DNA from: Acidimicrobiia bacterium
GTDB taxonomy: Bacteria > Actinomycetota > Acidimicrobiia > Spongiisociales > SHLN01
Direction: 5' to 3'
DNA: 62,227 nt
Assembly (NCBI GenBank): GCA_041619515.1
Contig: JBFKDW010000007.1
Span: 1-62,227, forward strand
The notes beneath the pieces were generated by a model. The model was not told the origin of the DNA. It made no database searches and worked only from the letters and a program-made list of their open reading frames with translations. Shown piece by piece: positions 37,540-46,622 of the stretch; within the stretch, counting starts at the first letter, position 1; the number at the start of each line of letters is the position of its first letter. The position numbers and the translations under genes were made by a program.

Positions 37540-38274
37540 ATGCTCTCAGACCGATCGATACTCGTCACCGGCGGTTCCTCCGGGATCGGCCGGGCGCTCG
37601 TTCGCCACTATGCCGCCCACGGTGCCCGGGTGCTTTCAACCGCACGGAGGGAGGCGGCTCTGCTCGAGACGATCGACGGGCTCGACCCCGATCGCGCCTT
37701 TGCCGTCTCCGCCGACCTCGGGAGCCGCACCGGGCGTGAGACCGTCGCCACCGAGGCGCTCCGCCTGTCCCCGCTCGACGTCGTCGTGCACGCCGCCGGG
37801 ACCCTCGGCCCGAAGACTCCTCTTTCCGACTATCCCGAGGCCGAGTGGCACGAGGTGTTCCACATCAACATGACGTCGATCCATCTGCTCCACCAGCAGC
37901 TCGTCCCCATCTTGTCGCCGGCGGCCACCATCATCGGCGTTTCCAGCTCGGTTGGCCGGCAGGGCCGGGGCGGATGGGGAATGTACGCGGTTTCGAAGGC
38001 GGCGCTGGAAGGATGGCTCGAAGTTCTTGCCGACGAGTGGTCCGGGGCCGTGTACTCGGTCAACCCGGGGGGAACGGCCACACCGATGCGGGCCGAGGCG
38101 ATGCCGGATGAGGATCCGGGCACCATTCCATCTCCGGGCGACATCATGCCCATCTTCCTCCGCCTCGCTCAGGCCGATCCCGGCATCCCGAGCGGTGAGA
38201 AGCTCAACGCCAGGGATTTCATCGGCACCGACCCGTTCCCGGTGGCAGAGGACGAGGGCCCGACGGTAGGCTGA
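37540..38274 (+). CDS. Short-chain dehydrogenase/reductase (YciK-like)
   Basis: TGGSSGIG, YAVSK and NPGGTATPMRA motifs. Confidence 0.88.
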   Translation: MLSDRSILVTGGSSGIGRALVRHYAAHGARVLSTARREAALLETIDGLDPDRAFAVSADLGSRTGRETVATEALRLSPLDVVVHAAGTLGPKTPLSDYPEAEWHEVFHINMTSIHLLHQQLVPILSPAATIIGVSSSVGRQGRGGWGMYAVSKAALEGWLEVLADEWSGAVYSVNPGGTATPMRAEAMPDEDPGTIPSPGDIMPIFLRLAQADPGIPSGEKLNARDFIGTDPFPVAEDEGPTVG

Positions 38275-38295
38275 CCGTTCCGAAAGGGGATTCTC

Positions 38296-38808
38296 TTGAA
38301 CATCGTGGTCGCAACCGACGGTTCGCTTGATCCGGACACAACCGCGCGGCTGGTGGCGCCACACACTGGAGACGCCAACGTCACGGTCCTAACTGCAGTC
38401 GAAATCCCTCGCCGGCTGCTCGCCGAGTTGCGGGCCGTGTACGGAGAGCGAACCGGCCCCAAGGTCGACAGCGACGCCGAGTATGTGGGAATCAGCCCGC
38501 GTGAGCCGAACGTCTCGATCGACTTCCCGGGCGACGATGCCATCATCGATCAATACCTCCTCAACCAAAAACAGGAACGCACCGCCCCGATGGTGGCGGC
38601 GCTGGAGAAGGCGGGCATGGCACCCGAGATCGAGATTTTGGAGGGCGAGAACGCGGCAGCTCTCATCCTCGACTACTTGCGGGCCAAGAAGGCCGATCTC
38701 GTCGTCCTCGGCGCCAAGGGGCACGGGCTGTTCGAGGTGATGATCGGTTCGACCGGAACGAAGGTGGCTCGCCACGCAACCTGCTCGGTGCTGCTCGTTC
38801 GCCACTGA
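38296..38808 (+). CDS. Universal stress protein
   Basis: IVVATDGS and DLVVLGAKGHG....MIGSTG.KVARHATCSVLLV motifs. Confidence 0.88.
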   Translation: MNIVVATDGSLDPDTTARLVAPHTGDANVTVLTAVEIPRRLLAELRAVYGERTGPKVDSDAEYVGISPREPNVSIDFPGDDAIIDQYLLNQKQERTAPMVAALEKAGMAPEIEILEGENAAALILDYLRAKKADLVVLGAKGHGLFEVMIGSTGTKVARHATCSVLLVRH

Positions 38809-38868
38809 GCACCTGCAGCGCTCACCGGCCTCCACCGAACCCGCCGCTCGGAAGCTAATCTCCCCGCC

Positions 38869-39366
38869 ATGCGGGCGTTGATCTTGAACGCAACCTACGA
38901 GCCGTTGTCGATCGTGTCCGCGCGCCGCGCCATTGTTCTCGTCCTCCGCCAGAAAGCCGTGGTGCTCGAAGACAGCGGGACGGTGTGGCGCTCGGAGCGT
39001 TCCAGCTTCCAGCTCCCCTCCGTCATCCGCCTCAACTCATACGTCAAGGTCCCCTACGCTCGCCGGGTTGCCCTCAACCGGCGCGCCGTCTTCGCCAGGG
39101 ACGACCATTCCTGCCAGTACTGCGGAACCGGCGCCGAGAACCTCGATCACGTCCTGCCGCGTTCCCGGGGCGGACCGCACGCCTGGGAGAACGTCGTGGC
39201 GGCCTGCCGGAGGTGCAACTTGCGCAAGGGCAACCGGACACCGGCGGAGGCGGGGATGGCGCTCCGCTCCGAGCCCGAGGCGCCGCGCCGGCACGGCTGG
39301 GTGCTCGTCAATCTGGGTGCTCCCCCCCACCCGAGCTGGCAGCCCTATCTCGCCGGAGCGTACTGA
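38869..39366 (+). CDS. HNH endonuclease (conserved actinobacterial McrA-like family)
   Basis: LILNATYEPL, RD..CQYC, DHVLPRSRGG and WENVVAAC..CN.RK motifs. Confidence 0.92.
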   Translation: MRALILNATYEPLSIVSARRAIVLVLRQKAVVLEDSGTVWRSERSSFQLPSVIRLNSYVKVPYARRVALNRRAVFARDDHSCQYCGTGAENLDHVLPRSRGGPHAWENVVAACRRCNLRKGNRTPAEAGMALRSEPEAPRRHGWVLVNLGAPPHPSWQPYLAGAY

Positions 39367-39445
39367 TCGCGCCGGCCTCACAGAGGCAGCCACTGTGGGT
39401 GGAGCTCTGATACCCTACGTGGCGCTGGCACTAGTTGAGGAATCC

Positions 39446-39940
39446 GTGCGCGTCGTTGGCTATGTTCGTGAGTTGTTTGGGCCGGAGGACTCCGATCCTG
39501 CGTTCGTCCAGGGTGAAGCGATCCGTTCCTGGGTGCGCAAGACGGGTCACAACCTCATCTCGATTTGCCAGGATGTGCGCCAGGAGGGCCACTCACTCGG
39601 GCGGGACGGCTTTCAGGCGCTGCTCGGCATCATTGCCGGGAAGGGGGTGGACGGGGTGGTGGTGCCCGAGTTGAGCGCCCTCTCCCCCGACCTCATGACC
39701 CAGGAGATCATCATCTGGGATCTGCGACGGCGCGGTGTGACCGTGCTGTCCGTCTACGAAGCAGACCACGAGCTGCTGTTGACCCCCACCAGGGAGCGCC
39801 TCCTCATGCGCGACGTGCTGGCCCGCCTGGAGGAGTATCGGGAATGGGCCCATCCCGCCGCCCTGGAGGAACTGGACGAGGACGATGAGGAACCGGGTGA
39901 TGAGGTGGTCGTCGAGCTGATCCCGGCCTCGGATGCCTAG
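39446..39940 (+). CDS. Serine-recombinase (resolvase) catalytic-fold protein with a degenerate active site
   Basis: VVGYVR..., Q..AIR.W, D...G...RDGFQALL, DGVVV..L..L and L.RRGV.VLSV follow the resolvase pattern, but the catalytic VS and DRL.R residues are missing; GAGGA RBS. Confidence 0.7.
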   Translation: MRVVGYVRELFGPEDSDPAFVQGEAIRSWVRKTGHNLISICQDVRQEGHSLGRDGFQALLGIIAGKGVDGVVVPELSALSPDLMTQEIIIWDLRRRGVTVLSVYEADHELLLTPTRERLLMRDVLARLEEYREWAHPAALEELDEDDEEPGDEVVVELIPASDA

Positions 39941-39953
39941 GGCCGCTCAGGGT

Positions 39954-40739
39954 CTACGTTGCCTGCGACATAGCCGCCCAGGCGGCCCGGGCGATGGCAA
40001 ACGCCCGTTCGGCTCCGATGAGGGCCGAACCGACGTGGAAGCTCCCATCGTGTCTCTGCAATAGCACCGTCACGAGGTTGTGCTCTCCGAGGCTGTGGTC
40101 GTGGACGGCCAGCAACACCGGGGGCGGCTGATCCCCGGACAGCTCACCCACGGCAGCAACCACCGCCTCTCGCACCCCTGCGTCGCTCGGGCGGCCGCGC
40201 CGGGTGACCGTCTGGCCGTCGTCGGTCTCGACCGTGACTGCTACCCCGTCGCGATCCTCTTGAACGCGGACCCGGGCCAGCAGGCTCCGGCCGGGGGAAG
40301 GCCGGTCCGCCGGCGACTCCCCGGGTTGAGGCTGCGCCGGCTCTGGCTCACGAACTGCCGGAGGAGGCGGGGCCTGGGTGGCCACCGGGCCGGGTGCTGG
40401 TATCAGGGCTTCGACCTCATCGGGAGGGCCGGAATCCTCCGTCGCCTCCTCGGGGATCAACGTCGTCTGCACCAGGCCGGGACCCGGAAGAATGGTGGCC
40501 GTCTCAACCGGTGGTGGTGGAGGGCCACTTGGCTCGATCCGGGCCTGTGGTGGCGCCAGCTTGCCTTTCAAGCCGTATTCGGCGAGGACGTCGCGCACCG
40601 CTGCTGCGACATCGGTCGGATCCGCCTCGGCGGACAACCGGACCCGCACCCCCTCGGCGGTGTCATCGGCCAGCTCGGCATCGGCGACTCCGGGAACCGC
40701 CCTGAGGGCAGCCGTCAGGTGGTCGACCTCACGGTTCAT
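39954..40739 (-). CDS. Hypothetical protein: small N-terminal alpha/beta domain, Pro-rich linker and C-terminal alpha/beta domain
   Basis: ATGA overlap with the upstream ORF; protein-like composition. Confidence 0.7.
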   Translation of the reverse strand: MNREVDHLTAALRAVPGVADAELADDTAEGVRVRLSAEADPTDVAAAVRDVLAEYGLKGKLAPPQARIEPSGPPPPPVETATILPGPGLVQTTLIPEEATEDSGPPDEVEALIPAPGPVATQAPPPPAVREPEPAQPQPGESPADRPSPGRSLLARVRVQEDRDGVAVTVETDDGQTVTRRGRPSDAGVREAVVAAVGELSGDQPPPVLLAVHDHSLGEHNLVTVLLQRHDGSFHVGSALIGAERAFAIARAAWAAMSQAT

Positions 40740-40972
40740 CGCTGGTCCTTTCGCCACTGCAGGAAATGGACGAGGTCGTCGGCAGACGGGGTGGCATCCA
40801 TCGAGCCATAGGCGGTTTGCAGCCGCCAGCGAATGTAGGCGCGACGCGGGACGGGGAGGAATGGCGGCCTCCGCCACCAATCGCGAGGCGTGAACGCCAC
40901 CAGGGCGCGCAGTGCCTCGGGCCACAGGGTGGGGCGACGAATCATCACGCGCACGATCGAGGACACGAACAT
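40736..40972 (-). CDS. Small basic Trp-rich hypothetical protein (78 aa)
   Basis: RPTLW..WWRRPPFLPVP..YIRWRLQTAYG; coupled to the downstream ORF. Confidence 0.7.
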   Translation of the reverse strand: MFVSSIVRVMIRRPTLWPEALRALVAFTPRDWWRRPPFLPVPRRAYIRWRLQTAYGSMDATPSADDLVHFLQWRKDQR

Positions 40973-41039
40973 CGGGTCTCTGACTCTAATCTTCGCAGGC
41001 TTGATAGGCTGTTCATCCCACCGTCCACGAGGAGTCCCG

Positions 41040-42017
41040 TTGACAGCCGAGCCGATGGAGGCGAGCAGCGCCTGGTTCACCGACCGCTTCGACGCCGTCG
41101 TCGCCAACATCGAGCGGGTCATTCAGGGTAAGCACGACGAGATCCGCCTGGTCGTACAGACCCTCATCGCCCGCGGCCACGTGCTGGTCGAGGATGTACC
41201 CGGGGTGGGCAAGACGCTCCTGGCCAAATCGCTCGCGCGCTCCATCGACTGTTCGTTTCATCGAATCCAGTTCACCCCCGACCTCCTGCCATCCGACCTG
41301 ACCGGTGTCTCGGTGTGGGATCGTGAGCGAGGCAAATTCGTGTTTCGCCGCGGCCCGGTGTTCTCCAACATCGTGCTGGGTGATGAGATCAACCGTGCCA
41401 GCCCGAAGACCCAGGCCGCCCTGCTGGAGGCGATGGAGGAGCGGCAGGTCACGGTCGACGGGATCACCCGGCCGCTCGAGCCACCGTTCATGGTGATCGC
41501 CACCCAGAACCCGATCGAGCACGAGGGCACCTACCCGCTTCCGGAAGCCCAGCTCGACCGCTTCATGGCCCGCGTGACCCTCGGGTACCCGGCGCGATCG
41601 AAGGAGCTCGAGATGCTCGATGCTCACGGCGACCATTCGGTATTCGAGGACATCGAGCCGGTGATCGGCGCCGAAGAGGTAGTGGAAATGGCCCGTCAGG
41701 CGGCAGGGGTTCACGTCGCCCCCGAGCTCAAAGGGTACCTGGTCGACCTCACCGAGGCGACGAGGATCGACCCGGACCTTCTCCTGGGCGCCTCTCCGCG
41801 GGCCACACTCTTCTTGCAGCGAGCGTCACGGGTGCGAGCGGCCGCCAACGGGCGCGGCTATGTCACCCCCGACGATGTCAAGGCGCTCGTCGCCCCCACC
41901 CTCAGCCATCGCGTGATCCTGCGCCCTGAAGCGCAAATGCGGGCCGCATCGGTGGCCGAGGTGCTGGGGCGCATTGCTGCGACAGTTCCCGTACCCGGAA
42001 CCGCCGACGTTCGATGA
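41040..42017 (+). CDS. moxR: MoxR-family AAA+ ATPase
   Basis: EDVPGVGKT, RIQFTPDLLPSD, DEINRA, ATQNP and YPLPEAQLDRF motifs; AGGAG-TTG start. Confidence 0.93.
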   Translation: MTAEPMEASSAWFTDRFDAVVANIERVIQGKHDEIRLVVQTLIARGHVLVEDVPGVGKTLLAKSLARSIDCSFHRIQFTPDLLPSDLTGVSVWDRERGKFVFRRGPVFSNIVLGDEINRASPKTQAALLEAMEERQVTVDGITRPLEPPFMVIATQNPIEHEGTYPLPEAQLDRFMARVTLGYPARSKELEMLDAHGDHSVFEDIEPVIGAEEVVEMARQAAGVHVAPELKGYLVDLTEATRIDPDLLLGASPRATLFLQRASRVRAAANGRGYVTPDDVKALVAPTLSHRVILRPEAQMRAASVAEVLGRIAATVPVPGTADVR

Positions 42018-43192
42018 TCACCACGCGGGGATGGGCGGCGTTGGGAGCCGCCGCCGCGCTGGTATTGCTCTTCGGGGGGTTCGGGGAGCCCGAGCTGCTG
42101 GCGGGTGGGATCTTCCTCTTCCTCTCCGTCGCGGTCGGGGCCCTCATCGTCCGCCGGTCCCGGCCCGATGCCGACCTCACCCGGCACATCACCCCGCTGC
42201 GGCTACACGAAGGCGACCGGGCGCGAGTAGAGATCCGCATCTTTGCCCGGCGTCCCATGCGGCCCCTCATCATCGAAGACGAGGTCTCCAAGCTGGGCCG
42301 CGCCCGCTTCGCGACGGCGCGAGCCGGCCGAAACAGCACCGTGTCGGCCCATTACGAGATCGTCTGCCGACCGCGCGGTGTCTACCAGATCGGCCCCGCC
42401 GAGCTGATCATCTCGGATCCGCTCGACCTGGCAGCGGTGCGCACCACCGCCGGCGGTGTCGACCGAATGGTCGTATTCCCCGCCATCGAGCCTCTGGCGG
42501 GCTACCCCAGCACGCGCGGGCACGATCCTTCTGTGCAATCGGCACATCCCTCCCACGCTCCCAGCGGAGGAGATGACTTCTTCACCCTGCGCGAATACCG
42601 CGTCGGGGACGATCTCCGGCGGGTTCACTGGCCATCGTCGGCCAAGCGTGACGAGCTGATGATCCGGCAACTGGAGATTCCATGGAGGTCACGCGCCCTC
42701 GTGCTGCTCGACACGCGGGCCAAGGCCCACACCCCCGAGGGCTTCGAGCACGCCGTCAGGGGCGCCGCCTCCATACTCCACCACTTCTATGGAGGCGGGT
42801 ACGTGCCGCTCCTCTGGATCGGCGACACGGTTCGGCCGCCGGCGTCCACGCCCTACGAGTTGTCGATGGAGAAGCTGGCGGCCGTCCAGCCCAATGAAAC
42901 GCTCGATCTCCGGCGGGCGGTGCTGCGGATGCGGCGCCACGGACACACCGGCGGTGCCCTGGTCCTCATCACCGGCGCGGTCGATGAGGAGAACCTCGCC
43001 GTGTTCCAGACACTCGGTCGCGACTACAGCAGGACCGTGCTTATGGTGGTGGCAGATGAAGAGCCCGACAGCCTGGTTCCGTTCAAGCTCGGTGGGGCCG
43101 CCGCCGCCGTTGTACGCATCGGAGACAGCTGGACGGGTGCCTGGACTCAAGTGATAGGAGCGGGAAGATGGTCTTCCGCCTCACCTGGATAA
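42014..43192 (+). CDS. DUF58 domain protein
   Basis: RGVY.IGP, DPL.L and LREYRVGDDLRRVHWPSSAK motifs. Confidence 0.9.
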   Translation: MITTRGWAALGAAAALVLLFGGFGEPELLAGGIFLFLSVAVGALIVRRSRPDADLTRHITPLRLHEGDRARVEIRIFARRPMRPLIIEDEVSKLGRARFATARAGRNSTVSAHYEIVCRPRGVYQIGPAELIISDPLDLAAVRTTAGGVDRMVVFPAIEPLAGYPSTRGHDPSVQSAHPSHAPSGGDDFFTLREYRVGDDLRRVHWPSSAKRDELMIRQLEIPWRSRALVLLDTRAKAHTPEGFEHAVRGAASILHHFYGGGYVPLLWIGDTVRPPASTPYELSMEKLAAVQPNETLDLRRAVLRMRRHGHTGGALVLITGAVDEENLAVFQTLGRDYSRTVLMVVADEEPDSLVPFKLGGAAAAVVRIGDSWTGAWTQVIGAGRWSSASPG

Positions 43193-45558
43193 CCAGCTTC
43201 GCGTTGCTCGGCCTGGTCATGCTCCGGCTCGGCAGGCTCTTCTTGCCGACCGAGAACGGCTTGCCGTGGCAGATGGTCGCAATCATCGCTGCCGGGCTCG
43301 GAGCCACGATCACCTGGGCGGCGTTCAAGGCCCGGCTTGGGACCGTCGCAACCCTCCTGTCCCACACGCTGGTCTTCAGCGTGTTTGCCTACCTCTACGT
43401 TGGTGGAGAGCTGGCGGGGAAGACGGTTGCGCCCATCGGCATCGTCGGCGACATGCTCACCGAGGTGTCGGATGCGGTCACGATCTTCCGATACTCGGCT
43501 CCGCCCGTGACCCCTCTGGCCGGGATCGTCGCGCTGGCGGCACTGATGATATGGGCGCTGGCAGCCGTTGCCGCCTGGGGGCTCCTCAACAACTCCCCTT
43601 ACCTGAGCCTCGTTCCGCCGGTCGTGTTCTACCTTCAGCTGGCCGTCATCGACCGGCAGGCAACCGGCATGCTGTGGACCTCGACTCTTCTGATCCTGGT
43701 CGGGGCAGGGCTGGCGGCCATTGCGAGCGACCAGCGCTCGGGTGGCGGCCATGCCGGTCACGGCCGCCAGGCGGCCCGCATCAAAGCCTGGGCGGTGCCG
43801 GTGCTGGCGATCGTGGCCGTGACCGGGTTGTCGGTCTTCGCCACCCGCCAGGCGGTCAACGCCGACGCAGTTCCTGCCACCGGATTCCTCGATTGGCGCA
43901 ATCGATCCGGGATCGGGAGCGGATTCGGCAGCATCTCATACAATCCGTTCATCGACGTCCAGCGGTCGCTGGTGAGCAATTCGGAGACACCGGTCTTCGT
44001 GGCCAACGTCGAGGGTGACGTGCCGAACAGCCAGATGTACTGGCGGCTGCTCACCATGGACTCATTCAACGGCGATTGGTGGTACGCCTCGGAGGTCGAC
44101 CTCGAAGATCTGGAGACCACCCGATGGGAGGCCGACGAGTACGAGTTCCGCGGCGAGGCCATCGCCGTCACCGGAGACGTCGTGATCCTCAACCTGTCGA
44201 GTTCCTGGCTGCCCGCCCCGTACTCACCGGTCGGCATCGTGTCGGCAAACCGGGTCGTCGCCAATACGACCCGGGTATCGCCGGCGGATGGGTCGCTCCA
44301 TATCGATGGCGTTACCGGGCGCAACATGGCCTACCGGGTGCAGTCCCTGGTGCCCTCCGTCAATTCCAGAATCCTGGCGGCCGACGCCTCGGGAGAGGCT
44401 CTGTCGCCGCTATTCGAAGCCGCCGCCCGCGAGGGGCGTTTCCAGCCGATCCCGACACCGTCCAACATCGATGCCGGCCGGCCCCGCGACATCGACCGGT
44501 ACACGGACTTGCCGCGCGGCCTCGATCCCACCGGGGAGCTGCGGGACCTGGCCGAAAGCCTCACCGTCGGGCTCGAGACCGACTACGAGAAGGCACTCGC
44601 CCTCGAGCACTACTTCCGGGATCCACAGCAGTTCACGTACTCCATCAACATCGCCCCGAACGAGCGCGACAGCGGCCTCGTCGACTGGCTGCTCAATCCC
44701 AACTCCCCGGGGTATCACGTCGGCTACTGCGAACAGTTCTCGGCGTCGATGGGCGTGCTGGCCCGCCTGCTCGACATTCCTACTCGCACCGTTCTCGGCT
44801 TCACGCCCGGCCAAGTCCGCAGCGACGGGTCGGTTCTGGTTCGAGACCGCAACGCTCACGCATGGGTAGAGGTTTGGCTGGATCCGCTCGGCTGGGTCAG
44901 GTTCGACCCGACGCCGCGCGGCGATGGCGTCAACCCGACCACCTTCGAGAGGACCGGGCTCTCCTCCAGTGACCTCGACCGATACTTCGCGGCAATCGAA
45001 CGGGCTGCCGAATTGGAGGCAGACGGCGGATCCGACGGGGGCAACACCCCCCTCCGCGAGCTCAACCCCGACGGGCTCGACCGTATTGCCGGCGGCGGCG
45101 GCGAGGGAGGCACCGACACCGGCGGACTCTCGGTGCCGAGCTGGCTGACCCAGCTGGTCACGTGGGGGCTCGTGGGGGCAATCGTCTTCGGGACCGTCCC
45201 GGCCCTCAAACGCCGGAGACGGCGACAACGATTGCAGCGGCTGGAGGCGGGGGACATCTCGGCCGCCTGGGCAGAGATCGTCGACCGCCTCACCGACTCG
45301 GGAATCGGCATCAACCGCGCCGACACACCGATCGAGGTAGCCAGCGCCAACGCACGCGACCTCCATCCCCTGGCGGTGGTCTACAGCGAATCCGTCTACG
45401 GCCCCGACGGTGTGGCCGGCCCGGAATCCACCAGGATCGCTGAATCGAGCCTCAGCGCCACCGAAGATCGGCTTCGCTCACGGGAGACCCGCTGGCAGCG
45501 GATCCGGCGGACCTACCGGCTGAGATCACTGCTTCCCGACTGGATCAAACGGCGGTAG
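43168..45558 (+). CDS. Membrane transglutaminase-like protein (TgpA/DUF3488 type)
   Basis: Multiple TM helices, YWR motif and Cys-His-Asp triad (GYCEQF, HAWVEV, FDPTP). Confidence 0.9.
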   Translation: MVFRLTWITSFALLGLVMLRLGRLFLPTENGLPWQMVAIIAAGLGATITWAAFKARLGTVATLLSHTLVFSVFAYLYVGGELAGKTVAPIGIVGDMLTEVSDAVTIFRYSAPPVTPLAGIVALAALMIWALAAVAAWGLLNNSPYLSLVPPVVFYLQLAVIDRQATGMLWTSTLLILVGAGLAAIASDQRSGGGHAGHGRQAARIKAWAVPVLAIVAVTGLSVFATRQAVNADAVPATGFLDWRNRSGIGSGFGSISYNPFIDVQRSLVSNSETPVFVANVEGDVPNSQMYWRLLTMDSFNGDWWYASEVDLEDLETTRWEADEYEFRGEAIAVTGDVVILNLSSSWLPAPYSPVGIVSANRVVANTTRVSPADGSLHIDGVTGRNMAYRVQSLVPSVNSRILAADASGEALSPLFEAAAREGRFQPIPTPSNIDAGRPRDIDRYTDLPRGLDPTGELRDLAESLTVGLETDYEKALALEHYFRDPQQFTYSINIAPNERDSGLVDWLLNPNSPGYHVGYCEQFSASMGVLARLLDIPTRTVLGFTPGQVRSDGSVLVRDRNAHAWVEVWLDPLGWVRFDPTPRGDGVNPTTFERTGLSSSDLDRYFAAIERAAELEADGGSDGGNTPLRELNPDGLDRIAGGGGEGGTDTGGLSVPSWLTQLVTWGLVGAIVFGTVPALKRRRRRQRLQRLEAGDISAAWAEIVDRLTDSGIGINRADTPIEVASANARDLHPLAVVYSESVYGPDGVAGPESTRIAESSLSATEDRLRSRETRWQRIRRTYRLRSLLPDWIKRR

Positions 45559-45603
45559 ACGCACACCCGACCACGCCCGCCGCCGCAACCGATAGAGCGG
45601 GGC

Positions 45604-46089
45604 TCAGTTCCCGGACGCCTCTTGCATGATGTCGTCTTCGACTTCGCGGAGGGTCGCAAGGAATTTTTCACGGTCTAGCTCGAAGCGCGTGACATCCTCG
45701 GCGACCGAGCGGGCAATCCTGTCGATGGCACCGAAGAACGCCATCTGCCCGTCCCGCAGGGCGTCGAGCAGGGTTTCATCGTCGACGGTGTAGATGGTCG
45801 ACCCGTCGGTGACGAGGGTCACTTCGGAGAGATGCTTGTCCATGTTCCCGGTGCGGCGCAGGTAGTTCCAGGCTCGCCGCACTCGCTGCAACGACATGCC
45901 GTTGTCGAGCAGGCTCTTGACTACCCGCAGGGCCACGACGTCTCGAAAGGAGTACAGCCTCCGTTTGCCCGGCCGGCCACCGGTGGTCTGCAGCGATGGA
46001 ACCACCAGGTTGACCCGGTCCCAGTATCGGAGTTGGTGTGCGGTACAGCCGGTCAACTTGATGGCTTGCTGCGCCGTGAAACCTTCCAA
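45604..46089 (-). CDS. MerR-family regulator (Rv1830/McdR-like)
   Basis: QLRYWD..LVVPS..RLYSFRDVV.LRVVK.LLD.GMSL..VR and TLVTDGSTIY motifs; GGAGGG-6 nt-TTG start. Confidence 0.85.
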   Translation of the reverse strand: MEGFTAQQAIKLTGCTAHQLRYWDRVNLVVPSLQTTGGRPGKRRLYSFRDVVALRVVKSLLDNGMSLQRVRRAWNYLRRTGNMDKHLSEVTLVTDGSTIYTVDDETLLDALRDGQMAFFGAIDRIARSVAEDVTRFELDREKFLATLREVEDDIMQEASGN

Positions 46090-46187
46090 CCCAAACCCTC
46101 CGCTGTGCCCGATTTTGTGCGAGTGACCGGTGCCGTCCCGCTTCTTCCCTCGCTCCAAGCGAGAGCCTCACTCTAGCTAGGCGCGCC

Positions 46188-46526
46188 TCAGCGCCGCCAC
46201 TTGGAGCGGAAGCGTTCGATCCACGAATCCACTCCCATCCCCATCGGGCCCGGTCCCATCGTTCGACGGCGAAGGGCGATGACGAAGAAGGAAGCGGAGG
46301 CAACCATGATCACGAACCCGAGCATGGCGACAAGGGTGTTGCTCGTGAAGAACAGGAGCATGAACGCGAGGCCCAACACGAACCCTGCAATCGTCCGACG
46401 AGCGGCGCGGCGGAAAACGTCGGCGGCCGACGACGTACCGACGGCCCTGGCGAGCTTGGGATCGTCCTGCAGAAACTGACGTTCGATCTCGTCGAGGATC
46501 CGTTGTTCTTTGTCATTGAGCGGCAC
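46188..46526 (-). CDS. DUF3040 membrane protein (SCO2097-like)
   Basis: PL...EQRILDEIE......DPKLA motif followed by two TM helices; AGGAG RBS. Confidence 0.88.
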   Translation of the reverse strand: MPLNDKEQRILDEIERQFLQDDPKLARAVGTSSAADVFRRAARRTIAGFVLGLAFMLLFFTSNTLVAMLGFVIMVASASFFVIALRRRTMGPGPMGMGVDSWIERFRSKWRR

Positions 46527-46622
46527 GGCAACTCCTGTGGCCCAATTCCGGCTGGTGGATGCAGTATACCGGCGCGGCGCTGTGTAAAGCCTCGGCCTCG
46601 CGGCGCCATTTCTAGAGCGGTA

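Noticed and set aside
38869..39940. HNH plus recombinase as a mobile element or IS607
   Set aside because: No terminal repeats, TnpB, target duplication or catalytic serine; the HNH belongs to a conserved chromosomal family
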